A DNA stretch of 64,000 nt. It comes from the human T2T-CHM13v2.0 reference genome, Homo sapiens. Below the pieces are notes generated by a model that ran no database searches, was not told the origin of the DNA, and saw only the letters and a list, made by a program, of their open reading frames with translations. Below, piece after piece: positions 19,420 through 37,323 of this stretch. How positions within the stretch are numbered: position 1 is the stretch's first letter; the number at the start of each line of letters is the position of its first letter. Both the position numbers and the translations under genes were made by a program. The DNA lies in assembly GCF_009914755.1 (NCBI RefSeq), contig NC_060935.1; one strand, given 5' to 3'.

Positions 19420-20045
19420 TGTGATGGTAAATTTTATGTGTCAGCTTGACTGGCCATGGTGCCCAGATGGTTGGTCAATTTTCTGGATGTTTCTTTCAAG
19501 GTATTTTTTTTTTTATGAGATGAACATTTAAAATCAGTGAATTTTGGGGCCAGGCAAGCTACTCAAGTCCAGCTACTCAAGAGGCTGAAGTAGGAGGATC
19601 GATTGGGCCCAGAAGGTTGAGGCTTCAGTGAGCCATGATCATACCACTGAGCTCCAGCCTAGGCAACAGAGCAATACCATGTCTCAAAAAATAAATGAAT
19701 AAACTAAAATCAGGGGATTTTGAGTAAAGCAGATTACCCTCCATAGTGTGATAGTGTGAGTCGGCCACATCCAATCAGTTGAAGACCTTAATAGAACAAA
19801 GACTGTTGTCCCCCAAGCAAGAAGTTCTGTCAACAGACTGCCTTTGGACTCAGACTGCAGTTCTTCCCTGAGTCTCCAGACCATCAGCCTACTCTATCAG
19901 TTTCTGGATTTGCCAAGCTTCCTGTGAGCCAATTCCTTAAATGTCTCTCTCTCTTTCTATGTATATATACACATACACACACGTATCTATATGAAAACAG
20001 AACGTACACATCTTATTTGTCCGCCTTCTCTGGAGAGACCTGACA
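19420..20045 (+). mobile_element. MLT2-type (ERVL) solo LTR interrupted by an Alu monomer (about 19547-19706)
   Basis: Starts tgtgatggtaaattttatgtgtcagcttgac, ends ctctggagagacctgac; Alu flanked by imperfect TSD aaaatcagtgaatttt / aaaatcaggggatttt. Confidence 0.65.
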
Positions 20046-20377
20046 TATGTCATTGTATGGATATACCGCATTTTGTTTATCCATTCGTCAGTTGATGAAT
20101 GGGCTGACATTTGGGCTGTTTCCACTTTTTAGCTACTATGAAATACACTGCTAGCAGCATTCATGTGCAAGTTCTTGCGTTAACATATGCCTTCAGTTCT
20201 ATTTGGTATATACCTAACAGTGGAATTGCTGGGTCATATGGTACCTATATTTAACTTTTTGAGGGGCTGCCAACTGTTTTCTAAAGTGGCTGTAACCATT
20301 TTACATCCTCTCTAGCAGTGTACGAGGGTTCTCATTTTTCCATGTCCTTGTTTTTTATTTATTTTATTTTTTTCTGA

Positions 20378-20482
<105 letters not shown>

Positions 20483-22581
20483 TGAGTAGCTGGGATTACA
20501 GGCATGTGCCACGACGCCTGGCTAATTTTTGCATTTTTAGTAGAGACAGGGTTTCACCATGTTAGTGAAGTGAACTCCTGACCTCAGGTGATCCACCTGC
20601 CCCAGCCTCCCAAAGTGCTGGAATTACAGGCGTGAGCCACCGCGCCCAGCCATGTCCTTGTTTTTTTCCATTTTTAAAGTTATAGTCTGTTGATGTTAAG
20701 GTGGTTAAAATGGTGTCTTCCAAGTTTCTCCACAGAAAATTAATAAGCATTTTGTGGGGAGCTACTTTGAAACTATATAAATATCCTGTTCCCATGAAAC
20801 TTGCGTCAACTAGTTTTAGCATTCTTAGATGATTCTTGTCTGAATGAGTTATTCCCATGCTATTAATAATTGCCAAAGGGTGACTTTCTTATTCCATCAT
20901 TCTTTCTATATTTATAATTAGCATTCTACCATAAGTTAGAACTTTCCCTTCTACCCCATTTATTTATTTAGTCATTTGCTTGTTTGTTCATTCGTAGATA
21001 TATCAGTGTGGACTACTCATGGATTCATATTCTATGATTACAACTCATTCTTACTTTTATTTACTTTGATGTTAAAATTGTTCCAGTTTGGCCAGTGGAC
21101 ACTCCTTCAAGCTGGATCCTGTGTCCTTTTGACACGTTCCCATCATTCTCTGAGCACTTCCATATTTTCTGGTACCACAAGATGTTCCAGCCTCACCTTG
21201 TATTTTTCCAGCCCCATCCCTAGAACCAGTCACTTGTGTATGCGGCCTTGGTTCCATTTAGTAGATAATGGTATTCAGAAACCAAGATCCGGGCGCTAGT
21301 ATACTTTGTTACTGGAGTGTTCCTGCTTCGGGGCCCTATCGGGGACAGTACATGAATGGCCCTTTCCACATCCATCGTTCTATAGTAAAAAGCATGAGTT
21401 CACACTGATGTCTCCAATTCCAGCCCACCTCCACAGGTTTTATTTTAGCCTTCCACGTATATACTTCCTTTCTTCAACAGTGAGGAACTTGCCTCTCATA
21501 ATCCTCAATACCTCTCATAATCCACAGTACCTCTGTGAGTAACCAACCTGCCAGTACACAGCCCATCTCCTGTTTTACCCTCCCCCTGCACACATGGTTG
21601 TCACTCAGATGAGGTCTTCCTCTCTCCCTCCACCTCAGCCAGGCCTAGGCTGAGCAAGGCCTTCTCCCAACCCTCTGGATTTTCATTTTAATACATTTCT
21701 TTTCTAGTGGTAAGAGTGAAACAAATGACCAGCAAACGTGAAAAGATGCTCAACTTCATTAGTAATTAAACAAATGTAAATTAAAATTCAAAAGAAGGCT
21801 TGGTAATGCAAAAAAGGGTAATTCCATATTTTCATTTTGTAAATAGGAAAATGTGGCTAAGAAATAATTGTTTAAGGTCAGAAAACTAGTAGCTAACAGA
21901 TAGGATTTGAACCTGGTCTTTGAGTCTACTGCCTCAAGGCTGAAGGAACATCTTCTATATGCTACATGCTTTCCTATAACTTTTATTATTATTATTCTAA
22001 TTTTTTTGTAGACACGGGGTCTGGCTATGGTGCCCAGGATGGTCTTGAACTCCTGGCCTCAGCAACCCTCTGCCTCTGCCTCCCAAAATGCTAGGATTAC
22101 AAGTGTCTGAAGTAGGAGGATCCATTGGGCCCACCTGGCCACCTATAACTTTATGTATTTTCCTACCAACCCTGTGTTACAGTTGATTGTTAATAATCCC
22201 ATTTATGCGAACAAACTTAGGCTTAGGGCCATTAAGCAAGCTTGCTTCAAGTCATACAACTGGCAGGTGAGCTCGGCAGCATGAAGATTTGGTCACTTTC
22301 TGACCACTCAATTTACCCAAAACTTGCAGTTTATTTTTTAGCTCTTTAATTGACTTTTCTGTCCTTTGGCCCACCTCCAAAAGCGTGTTTTACTTACTCC
22401 AAATACACCTAAAGTAAGCCTTTTGCCTCAAATAATATGAAAGAGCTACTTCAAGGCAGGCCATCCTCTGTAACAGTGTGGTTTCAGAGACCCAGGAAAG
22501 TTCTTCAATATCTTAGGCACTAGTATCTGAAATGCCATCAGGGAACCAAGCTTTTCCTTCTGCAGTTAGAGATGAGATTTT

Positions 22582-24902
22582 TTTTGTTTGTTTTTTTAAT
22601 TCAAGTAAGTTTATTTCTTTTTTTTTTTTTAAATGATTTAACTTTTATTCTGAAAAGCCTCCTGAATATTTATATCCCTAGAACGATACATAAGAATTGA
22701 TCATCTTTCCTTATGGGAGGACTTTTTTCTTTTTTCTTTTTTTTTTTTTTTCTTTTTAATTTTATTTTTTTTTTAATTGATCATTCTTGGGTGTTTCTCA
22801 CAGAGGGGGATTTGGCAGGGTCATAGGACACTAGTGGAGGGAAGGTCAGCAGACAAACAAGTGAACAAAGGTCTCTGGTTTTCCTAGGCAGAGTGTTTGT
22901 GTCCCTGGGTACTTGAGATTAGGGAGTGGTGATGACTCTTAAGGAGCATGCTGCCTTCAAGCATCTGTTTAACAAAGCACATCTTGCACCGCCCTTAATC
23001 CATTTAACCCTGAGTGGACACAGCACATGTTTCAGAGAGCACAGGGTTGGGGGTAAGGTCATAGATCAACAAGATCCCAAGGCAGAAGAATTTTTCTTAG
23101 TACAGAACAAAATGAAAATTCTCCCATGTCTACTTCTTTCTACACAGACACGGCAACCATCCGATTTCTCAATCTTTTCCCCACCTTGCCCCCTTTTCTA
23201 TTCCAGAAAACCGCCATCGTCATCATGGCCCATTCTCAATGAGCTGTTGGGTACACCTCCCAGACGGGGTGGTGGCCGGGCAGAGGGGCTCCTCACTTCC
23301 CAGTAGGGGCAGCCGGGCAGAGGCGCCCCTCAGCTCCCGGACCGGGTGGCTGGCCAGGCGGGGGGCTGACCCCCCAACCTCCCTCCCAGACGGGGCGGCT
23401 GGCCGGGTGGGGGGCTGACCCCCCCACCTCCCTCCCGGACGGAGCGGCTGGCCGGGCAGGGGGCTGAGCCCCCCACCTCCCTCCTGGATGGGGCGGCTGG
23501 CCGGGCAGAGTGGCTCCTCACTTCCCAGTAGGGGCGGCCGGGCAGAGGCGCCCCTCACCTCCCGGACGGGGCGGCTGGCCGGGCAGGGGGCTGACCCCCC
23601 CACCTCCCTCCCGGACGGGGCGGCTGGCCGGGCGGGGGGCTGACTCCCCCACCTCCCTCCCGGACGGGGCAGCTGGCCGGGCAGAGGGGCTCCTCACTTC
23701 CCAGTAGGGGCGGCCGGGCAGAGGCGCCCCTCACCTCCCGGACGGGGCGGCTGGCCGGGCGGGGGGCTGACCCCCCCACCTCCCTCCCAGATGGGGCAGC
23801 TGGCTGGGCAGAGGGGCTCCTGGCTGGGCAGAGGGGCTCCTCACTTCCCAGTAGGGGCGGCCGGGCAGAGGCGCCCCTCACCTCCCAGACGGGGCGGCTG
23901 GCCGGGCGGGGGGCAGAGCCCCCCACCTCCCTCCCGGACGGGGCGGCTGGCCGGGTGGGGGGCTGACCCCCACCTCCCTCCCGGACGGGGTGGCTGCCGG
24001 GCGGAGACGCTCCTCACTTCCCAGACGGGGTGGCAGCCAGGCGGAGGGGCTCCTCACTTCTCAGACGGGGCGGTTGCCAGGCGGAGGGTCTCCTCACTTC
24101 TCAGACGGGGCGGCCGGGCAGAGACGCTCCTCACCTCCCAGACGGGGTCGCGGCCGGGCCGAGGCGCTCCTCACATCCCAGATGAGGCGGCGGGGCAGAG
24201 GCGCTCTCCACATCTCAGACGATGGGCTGCCGGGCAGAGACGCTCCTCACTTCCTAGATGGGATGGCGGCCGGGACGAGGTGCTCCTCACTTCCCAGGTG
24301 GGATGGCGGCTGGGCAGAGACGCTCCTCACTTTCCAGACTCGGCAGCCAGGCAGAGGGGCTCCTCACATCCCAGACGATGGGCAGCCAGGCAGAGACGCT
24401 CCTCACTTCCCAGATGGGGTGGCGGCCGGGCAGAGGCTGCAATCTCCGCACTTTGGGGGGCCAAGGCAGGCGGCTGGGAGGTGGAGGCCGTAGCGAGCCG
24501 AGATCATGCCACTGCACTCCAGCCTGGGCACCATTGAGCACTGAGTGAATGAGACTCCGTCTGCAATCCCGGCACCTCGGGAGGCCGAGGCTGGCGGAAC
24601 ACTCGCGGCTAGGAGCTGGAGACCAGTCCGGCCAACACAGCGAAACCCTGTCCCCACCAAAAAAACACGAAAACCAGTCAGGCGTGGCGGCGCGCGCCTG
24701 CAATCGCAGGCACTCGGCAGGCTGAGGCAGGAGAATCAGGCAGGGAGGCTGCAGCGAGCCGAGATGGCAGCAGTACAGTCCAGCTTTGGCCCGGCATGAG
24801 AGGGAGACCGTGGAAAGGAGAGGGAGAGGGAGACGGGAGAGGGAGAGGGAGAGGGAGAGGGAGACGGGAGAGGGAGAGGGAGACGGGAGAGGGAGAGCGA
24901 GG
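22582..24902 (-). mobile_element. Full-length SVA retrotransposon with 3' transduced sequence
   Basis: On -: (CCCTCT)n about 24820-24897, Alu-like region, GC-rich VNTR about 23260-24430, SINE-R about 22776-23250, poly(A) 22723-22775; 14-bp TSD AGAGATGAGATTTT at 22568-22581 and 24903-24916 at a TT|AAAA site. Confidence 0.96.
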
Positions 24903-25201
24903 AGAGATGAGATTTTAAACACAGCACTCCTTTTTCCCTATATGAGTGATGTGAGATTCTTTTTTTTTTTTTTTTAATTGAGACGGAGTCTCGCTCTGTT
25001 GCCCAGGCTGGAGTGTAATGGCATGATCTCAGCTCACGGCAGCCTCTGCCTCCTGGGTTCAAGTGATTTCTCCCTACCTCAGCCTCTCGAGTAGCTGAGA
25101 TTACAGGCCCCTGCCACCACACCTGTTTAATTTTTGTATTTTTTTCTGTAGAGACGGGGTTTCACCATGTTGGCCAGGCTGGTCTCGAACTCCTGAACTC
25201 A

Positions 25202-25456
<255 letters not shown>

Positions 25457-25539
25457 TTATTTAAAAAAAAAAAATCGGCTGGGCGTGGTGGCTCATGCCT
25501 GTAATCCCAGCACTTTGGGAGGCCGAGGCTGGTGGATCA

Positions 25540-25749
<210 letters not shown>

Positions 25750-26039
25750 CTATCTCAAAAAAAAAAAAAAATTATCTGAGCATGGTGGCATGCCCTCGTG
25801 GTCCCAGCTACTCTGGAGGCTGAGGTGGGAGGATCACTTGAATCCAAGAGGTGGAGGTTGCAGTGAGCTGTGATCATGCATCATGCCACTGCGCTCCAAC
25901 CTTGGTGACAGAGTGAGACCCTGTCTCAAAACAACAACAAAGAAGAGGCTGACTGAAGGAGTAGTACTTAGGGAAGATACTGCTGAAGAAAAAGAATGGG
26001 GAGAGGGAGAGAAAAAGAAGGTTATATTGTGTGGCATTG

Positions 26040-26657
26040 TGCTGGGGTGATCAGACCCAACACCAGGTCGTGGGGGTTATGAAGTCCGGTGGAGTCAAAG
26101 GAATGAGACAAGACAAGAGTGCATAAAGTGGGTCCAGGGGGCCAACACCAGTATGGCAGCTGTGAAGGCCCTGAGCTCTGGAAGCCCACATTATTTTTTG
26201 GTGATCAAAGAAGCAGGTGGTGAGGACGTGAGGATGTGGGGGTAGAAAGGAAGCAGTGCATCAAGCGTTTGACCTATAGCTGTGGTGGTTTAGCATTTTC
26301 TTTTAAGCATATGGAATATGCTCTGCTACTCGAGATAATGGAGAACATGTTTTTCTACCTCAAGATGCAATCAATTTATGAGCCTGGGAGAGCAAGAAGC
26401 AAGGAGCCAGCAAGTCTAGACACATTCCAGAGGCCATGAGGTGTTTTATGCCCTCAGCCCTGGATTCCATCCAAGCCACGAGGGGTTTTATGCCCTGAGC
26501 TTAGATTGTGGTGCGGCAGGGCAGCCTTCCACTCTTTGGCACAGAGCTTGGTGTTCCAAAGGCCATGAGGGGTTTTAGACCCTGGACTCAGGACAGTTCC
26601 AAGACTCTTTTACATTATGTCAGACAAGCAAGTCTTGCCTCAGCCCTTCTACCAACA
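26040..26657 (-). repeat. 3' LTR of the provirus
   Basis: Direct repeat of 34002-34623; preceded on - by PPT AAAAGAAAAGGGAGA. Confidence 0.92.
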
Positions 26658-28599
26658 TGTCTCCCTTTTCTTTTTTGCAAAACCGCCACAGCTATCATTG
26701 CTTGTTCTTGGTGGCGGCTTTCTCTCCAGAGGTGGCTTCTGCATTTGCCAACTAACATGAGACAGCACAAGCACATAATTATTAGAATAAAGTTTACAAA
26801 TGTAGAACTTCCAGTGGCCTTAATCCATTTAAGAGGATTGACTGCAGACAACCCATCAGCTGCCTTGCTCAAAATATCGGTTCCAGGGAGCAGGGTTAAG
26901 TGAGCCTGAGAGGTTTCAAAAACCTGCTCTTTTAGTTTTACGATATTGAGGGTGAGATTTTCCTCTTTTCTTTCCAAATGGTGTTTAACTTTTTCCCATT
27001 GGTGTTCTGTTTCATTATAACTATGGAGAGTGATACAAAAATCAGATGTATCCAGTCACATTGTATTTGAATTCTATTTTCTAAACTCATAATACGAACC
27101 CCCATCCAAATTACAGTCTGATGGAGATCATTAATTTGATTAACTATTTTTTGATCTGTTTGAAGCTGAGAGTTCCATAATTTTGTGGAATTTTTCTGCC
27201 ACTTATCAACAAATTCAGCAGTTTGCACAGATGACTGTAAAGCTACACCAGCTACTGCAGCAGTAGTAGTAACAGCAGTGAGGCCAATTATAGCAAATGT
27301 GAGAGCCACTATAAATCTTTTTGAATGGGATAAAAGTTTCCTAAGGATTTCAGTTATAATATGAATAGTGATGCTTCCCATGGTCTATTTAGAGACACAG
27401 GGATCCAAACTCCTTCCCTGGCTCTAATTAACAGAATAGTTTTTTTTGTTTTGTGGTTTTTTTTTTTTTTATCAAAAGTTGAGTTAATGCAGGTAAATAG
27501 GCGACATTCTGGGCAGGTAACAGAGTGTGTATTTATATCAATAGTAACATTTCCTATTGCTAACATAAAAGGTGGTCGAATGCAACTTTGAATCCAAAAC
27601 GTCCTGTTGGAAAGAAAAGAAAGAGCATATTTATCCTTACCTCCCTCCCCACTGTACTTTTCATATTTACCCTCCCAAATTTTAATTGGACTTTGAGCTA
27701 CAGCTAATTTTCATAATTCTGAATGTTCCTGTCCTATGGCAGGAGATATCATTTTTGGACTAGGGGCGATAATGCCAGCAGGATTCCATATGATAGGGGC
27801 ATCAGCTTCCATCTGAATGTATTGTGTATGATTACATTGCCAGCGATTCCATCAGTTTGTTAAATTTGCTTTACAAGAGGGCCTTCTTGTGCAATTTGGT
27901 TTAAAAATCCCCTTAGGGGACCAATCAATGACAATTCCATAGGAATTCTTTTGTAGCACCTCAGCCTTACTTGCTATATAATCTTCTCAAGTCCAAGTAT
28001 CTACACCTTCAAACCAAACTTTATTTTTCTTACATTTGAGCTTGTTTGGACAGAATTGCTGAGTTTTAGGGCTGGAATGGTTATATGTTAAATTTTGCCC
28101 TGAAATCATTTGTAAAGCAGCCTGTGATTTATTTTTTCCAGGGATTACTGCCAACCAGACTTGTGTGCCAATTTGTAAGCATCCAGCGGCAGGTCCCAGG
28201 CATATTGGAAGATATTTATATCCTATTGATATATTCATTTTCATCCCTTCCTCATTAGAATGCATTGGCCTTGATTATCTATGGGCTCAGGCATCCAGGT
28301 ACTGTTGTTGGTGTACACCTCAATAACCGGGTCCATCCAACTCACAGACCTAATTAAAGGAGGAAATGGGACATATGCCCAATAAGTAAAATTTTGAGTT
28401 GCTCCTACAGTAGGGAGGCTTATCGCCACAGTGAGTACTGCCAGCATGGCCACCATTAAGTTACTAGTTGTTTTTGGTTTGTTCTGTGCTCTCAAGCTGT
28501 CCTCTGCCATCTGCGCCAGCTTCTTGATTTGTCCCCATGTTGGAGGATCCGCCTGACGAGTATTCTCGGTCTTCTCTTTTGTCTCTGAGATGTTCATTC

Positions 28600-31480
<2,881 letters not shown>

Positions 31481-31515
31481 TCCTAAAAATGATACCCCGA
31501 TCCAGTTTGCTCTGT

Positions 31516-32332
31516 TTAACCTTTTAGTTCTAAAGGTTCTGGTTGTCCATTTTCATTTTTTGCTAGTCCTTTCCCCGGGAGATATCCCATTTTTTTCATC
31601 ATTTGTTTATTGTTATTACTATATTGATCCATAGGAATAGATATTTCAGCACCCCGTTGTTGGAATAAGTCCCTTCCTGACCATCTGGCCCTTGACATGG
31701 CAGAATTAAGGAACTTTGAAACACTTCTGAGGCAGCTCCTACTCCAACAATACTAAGGATGCCTTTTGTTTGGGCCAATGCTGGCACCATTGATCTAAAG
31801 CAATAATAGAAACATCATCTCCAGTATCTACTAGTCCCTCAAAGTCTTTACCTCGAATCGTTACTGTACAAATAGGTCTTTTGTCAGACACTTGATTAAC
31901 CCAATAGACAGCCTTTCCTGCTGGATTTGTACTACCAAAGCCTCCCATTCCTTTTACTATGCTGCTTCCCAGTTTTGTATAAGGTAGAAGTAACAACTGA
32001 GCAATTCTTTCTCCTGGGGAAGCAGACCATGGAGTTGAGGAACTGATAACTAGTTGAATTTCTCCGGTATAATCAGAATCAATTATTCCTGTATGTACAG
32101 TGGCACCTCTTAAATTTAAACTAGCCCTTCCAAGCAATAGACCAGCTGATCCTGAGGGTAAAGGGCCCCTAACTCCCGTGGGGACCTTCTTTGGTGGCTC
32201 CCCAGGAAGTAGGGAGACAGGACTTGTGCTGCAGAGGTCTACGGCAGCACCGCCTGCTGTGGCGGGGGACAATTGTACGTTTGTAAGGGCACTGGCTGTG
32301 CCAGATACGCCTCGGTTTGTTGAGGGGCCCAA
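31516..32332 (-). pseudogene. ERV pro (dUTPase-protease-G-patch), disrupted
   Basis: dUTPase motifs AAVDL, GRASL, GIIDSDYTGEI; protease LVDTGDDVSII; G-patch KKMGYLPGKGL; the usual gag-pro slippery region appears deleted. Confidence 0.88.
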
Positions 32333-33854
32333 AAGAGAGTTTGTCCATCTTTGCTAAATTTAGAATGACACTGATTTGCCCAGTGATTTCCCTTTTTACA
32401 TCGGGGGCAGATACCGGAACTTTTTTTGCTGCTTACTGGTAGTAACCTTTGCCTGTTGATTTCCTTTTTTACATTCCTTTTTTGTGTGTCCAAATTGCCC
32501 ACAATTAAAACAAGAACCCGAGAAACGAGGCATATTTTTTCCGGCTTTTAATCCAGCCATAGCCTGAGCTAAAAGAGTAGCCTCATGTAAGTTACCCCCA
32601 ATGCCATCACAAGCCTTAATATACTCAGCCAAATGAGGCTTCCCTCTCCTAGGTCGAATAGCAGTTTGACATTCTGCATTGGCATTATCGTATGCAAGAA
32701 GCTTTATTACAACATCTTGAGGTTGTTTTGTCAGTTATGGCTTTATACACAGCCTCCTGGAGCCGAGCAATAAAATCAGTATATGGTTCCTTGTCAGACA
32801 GAACTGAAAGATGGATATTTTTCCTCTATAACATTTATTCTTTCCCATGCCCTTAAGCATACAGAGCATAACTGAGCAATGGCAACATCCTCCATTAATG
32901 CTTGATTGTCTAATCGACCCCTGTTAGGGCTGACCCCCATTAACTGTTCAGAGGACACAGGCACAGGCGGCTGTGCCTGTGTGTTTTCTCTTGCCTGAGT
33001 TTGAGCTTCATTAGCCCACCAAGTTTTAAATTGCAAGTACTGAGACAGAGTGAGAACAGATTTTGTTAAAGTATCCCAATCATATGGTACTAACCTATTA
33101 TCAAGAGCCACATTTTTTAGTAAAGTTCACACAAAAGGAGAATTTGGCCCATATTGACTAATGGCTTGCTTGAATTCTTTTAATAACTTAAAAGGAAAAG
33201 TGGCCCAATTAGCTGTATTCTGTCCTCCTTGTTGGGTTATAGTAACTGGAAATTGCCATGCTTCAAGGTGTCCTTCAGCTCTAGCCTTCTGAATAGAATT
33301 TTGTATAGCACCACCAGTTGCTTCAGATTTTAATGTTGTCACTACAGGAGCAGTAATTTTTACAGCTGCTTCACTTTCTCACCCATTGTGGGAGAGGGAG
33401 GAGGTGGCCATTCACTTAATTCAGCAGGCGGAGCTGATGGACCAGTAAAATATGTCTTTTTCAGCTTTCCTTTCTTTTCTATGATTTCCTCCGGCTCCTG
33501 TGCCTCGCGTTCAGAATCTGATGTTAGTTTCTTACACTCATCCTCCTCTTCTTCATCTGAATCTGCCTCATCATCTGTTTGAAATGGCTCAGGAGCTGCC
33601 TTTATTAACGCCCACACTGACCAAACAGAAACTGGAATTTTGGCTCCATCTTTATATGCCTTTTTAAAATCTCTGCCAGTTCTTTCCCATTCATCCAACT
33701 CCATAGTCCCTTGTTCCGGAAGCCATGGGCAGAACTGCTCTACTGTGCTGAAAAGTGTTAATAGACTTTGAGTACTAACTTTCACTCCCCCTCTCCGTAA
33801 TAAATGCCTTAAGAAATTTAAATAAGCAGAATATTTGCTTTCATTCTGTCCCAT
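32239..33854 (-). pseudogene. ERV gag (disrupted)
   Basis: MGQNESKYSAYLNFLRHLL matrix start; capsid fragments; zinc knuckles CFNCGQFGHTKKEC and CPRCKKGNHWANQC; several frameshifts and stops. Confidence 0.88.
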
Positions 33855-33979
33855 TGTTACCCTGGTTCTTCCAAGCGTCCAGCTTACCTGCCGAGCTTCT
33901 TTCAGTCATCCTCTGGTGTCCTCTGACAATTGTCCTCTGCTTCCGCATGCTCTAGCGTTCCTTCACAGGGGTTTTCGTT

Positions 33980-33997
33980 GCCCCACATTGGGTGCCA
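33980..33997 (-). promoter_or_regulatory. Primer binding site, tRNA-Lys(CUU) type
   Basis: TGGCACCCAATGTGGGGC versus canonical TGGCGCCCAACGTGGGGC (two CpG-type changes), 4 nt after the 5' LTR. Confidence 0.9.
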
Positions 33998-34001
33998 GAA
34001 A

Positions 34002-34623
34002 TGTTGGAGTGATCAGACCCAACACCAGGCTGTGGGGGCTACAAAGTCTGGCAGAGTCGAAGGAATGAGACAAGACAAGAATGCATAAAGTGGGTCCAGG
34101 GGGCCAACACCAGTATGGCAGCTGCGAAGGCCCTGAGCTCTGGGAGCCCACGCTCTTTATTGGTGATCAAACAGAAGCAGGTGGTGAGGACGTGAGGACA
34201 TGGGGTTAGAAAGGAAGCGGTGCATCAAGCGTTTGACCTATAGCTGTGGCAGTTTAGCATTTTCTTTTAAGCATATGGAGTATGCTCTGCTACTCGAGAT
34301 AATGGAGAACGTGTTTTTCTATCTCAAGATAACAATCAATTTACAAACCTGGGACAGCAAGAAGCAAGGAGCCAGCAAGTCTGGACACATTCCAGAGGCC
34401 ACAAGGGGTTTTATTCCCTGAGCCCTGGATTGCATCCAAGCCACGAGGGGTTTTATGCCCTGGGCTTAGATTGTGGTGTGGCAGGGCAGCCTTCCACCCT
34501 TTGGCACAGAGCTTGGTGTTCCAAAGGCCACGAGGGGTTTTAGACCCTGGACCCAGGACATGTTCCAAGACTCTCTTACGTTATGTCAGACAAGCAAGAC
34601 TTGCCTCAGCTCTTCTAGCAACA
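34002..34623 (-). repeat. 5' LTR of the provirus
   Basis: Direct repeat of 26040-26657; followed on - by the PBS. Confidence 0.92.
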
Positions 34624-35045
34624 CATTGCCCCAGTGATAGACCAATGGACAGTAGTTCCAGACACCAACCCATGCATATGTGGAAATTTCATATCTAACA
34701 CAGCAGTCAGTACAGATCGGTGGGAAGACAATGGACAATTAAATAAATGATCTGAGCAGTTGGATATCTTTCAGAAAAGATACTATCTTGCTCCATATAC
34801 AAAAAAATAAACTCTAGGTGTGTTAAATATTTAAATGTGAAATGGACTTTCGGAAGATCATATAGGTGAAGATCTTTATGCCCTCACATAAGGAAATATT
34901 TCTTAAACTAGACACACACAAAACGTGTAACCAGAAAGGAAAAGATTGATACATTTGACTTTTAAAAAGGTGAAAAAAGCTTCAAGTTGAAGAAAGGATT
35001 CGTATTTCATATTATCAACAAAGAGTTTGTTTTCAAAAAACATAA

Positions 35046-35375
<330 letters not shown>

Positions 35376-36938
35376 TAAAAAGGATAGTCAAATAGAAAAA
35401 AATGGGCAAAAACATAAATAGGTGTTTCACAATGAGGAAAAACAAATGGCCAATAAGTATGAAAAGATACTCAACCAAGAAATGCAAATTAAAATCCACA
35501 ATGAGATGCCACTTTATGCCTACTATATTGGCAAACGTTTTAAAACTTGACATCAAGAGTTGGTGAGGGCCAGGAGTGTTGGCTCATGTCCATAATCCCA
35601 GCACTTTGGGAAGCTGAGATGGAAGGATCACTTGAGCCCATGAGTTCAAGACCTGTTTGCACAATATGGCAAGACCTCGTCTCTACAAAAAATTTAAAAA
35701 TTAGCCTGATGTGGTGGTGTGTGCCTGGGTTTCCAGCTACTTGCGAGGCTGAGGCAGGAGGATTGCTTAAGCCCAGGAAGTCGAGGCTGCAGGAGGTTGA
35801 GCCATGATCGCACCACTGCACTCCAGCCTGGGCAATAGAGGGAGACCCTGTCTTAAAAAAAAAAAAGAGTTGGTAAGGATATGAAGCAAAAGAAACTGAT
35901 ACACTGCTGTTGCCAGCGTAAATTAGAAAACCACACCAGAAAACTTTGGCATTGCCTTGCAAAGTGGGCGCATATACCCAAATGTTCATCAACAGAGAGT
36001 ACTATACAGCCTGTGACAATAAGTCACACACACAAATACCTACCATTTGTATAAATGATACCATTTATATAAAGTTCAAAAATATGAAAAGGTAAATATG
36101 TTGCTGTGGATATTTGCAGTGTGGCACTGGAGCTGGCTTGTACTGGCTTGGGAAGAACTGGCAAATGCCACAAAACAGCACACCACTGGGTACAGGCATA
36201 TGGAGTAAAGCTCTAAAGAAAAGCAAGAGAATTACAAACAGGTAGGGAGGGGCACATCGGGGCAATATTCCTTCAACAAGGAATGTTCTAATGCTGCTCT
36301 TTTTCTTCCTAAGAAGAAAAAACAAATAGAAGTTAGCTGGGTTGAGGCGAGGGTCTGTGGTGGGTGGGGTGGGAGGTTCTGAGCAGAGGTAGCAGCAGAG
36401 GTGAATGAGGAGAGGGGATGGCTGGTTTGGGCAGTGGCAGGCACTGCAGTCCATTCTGACAAGCAGTGGGTGCGTGTAGGGCAGTGGTGAGAGCTCAGGT
36501 GGAAAGGGAGGCACCAGATCACAGAGGGCCTGTGTGCCATGGTAAGCAGTTTGGAGTTCACTCGAAGTAATGAGGAGTGTGGGCTTTGCAGAACAGAGAC
36601 AAGGCAGGCAGGCCCGCGAGGAAGTTGTTGTGGTCTTGCTGAAAGATGAATCCAGAGCTGGGCCCTGATTATGAGGAGGAAGAGCAGAGGAGCTGGGCTT
36701 GAGAGGTTGTCTAGGAAGCAGAATGGACTGAGCTTGGTGACCAGTTGGATTTGGGATGTGCATGGAAAACAGGGCTCTGCTGTACTCAGAGAGGTGGAGC
36801 ATAACTCCCTCACTGTAAGGGTGGGCCGCACAGTGACTGCCTTCCAAAGAGTGCAATACAGCAAGTGGGGAAGGAGGGCTGGCGCGGTGGCTCACGCCTG
36901 TAATCCCAACACTTTGGGAGGCTGAGGTGGGTGGATCA

Positions 36939-37323
<385 letters not shown>

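Noticed and set aside
23260-24430. Repeat array resembling a CRISPR-like structure
   Set aside because: Tandem VNTR units without unique spacers in a primate SVA
22926-24977. Long GC-rich ORFs up to 248 aa
   Set aside because: Arise from the stop-poor SVA VNTR and Alu-like regions
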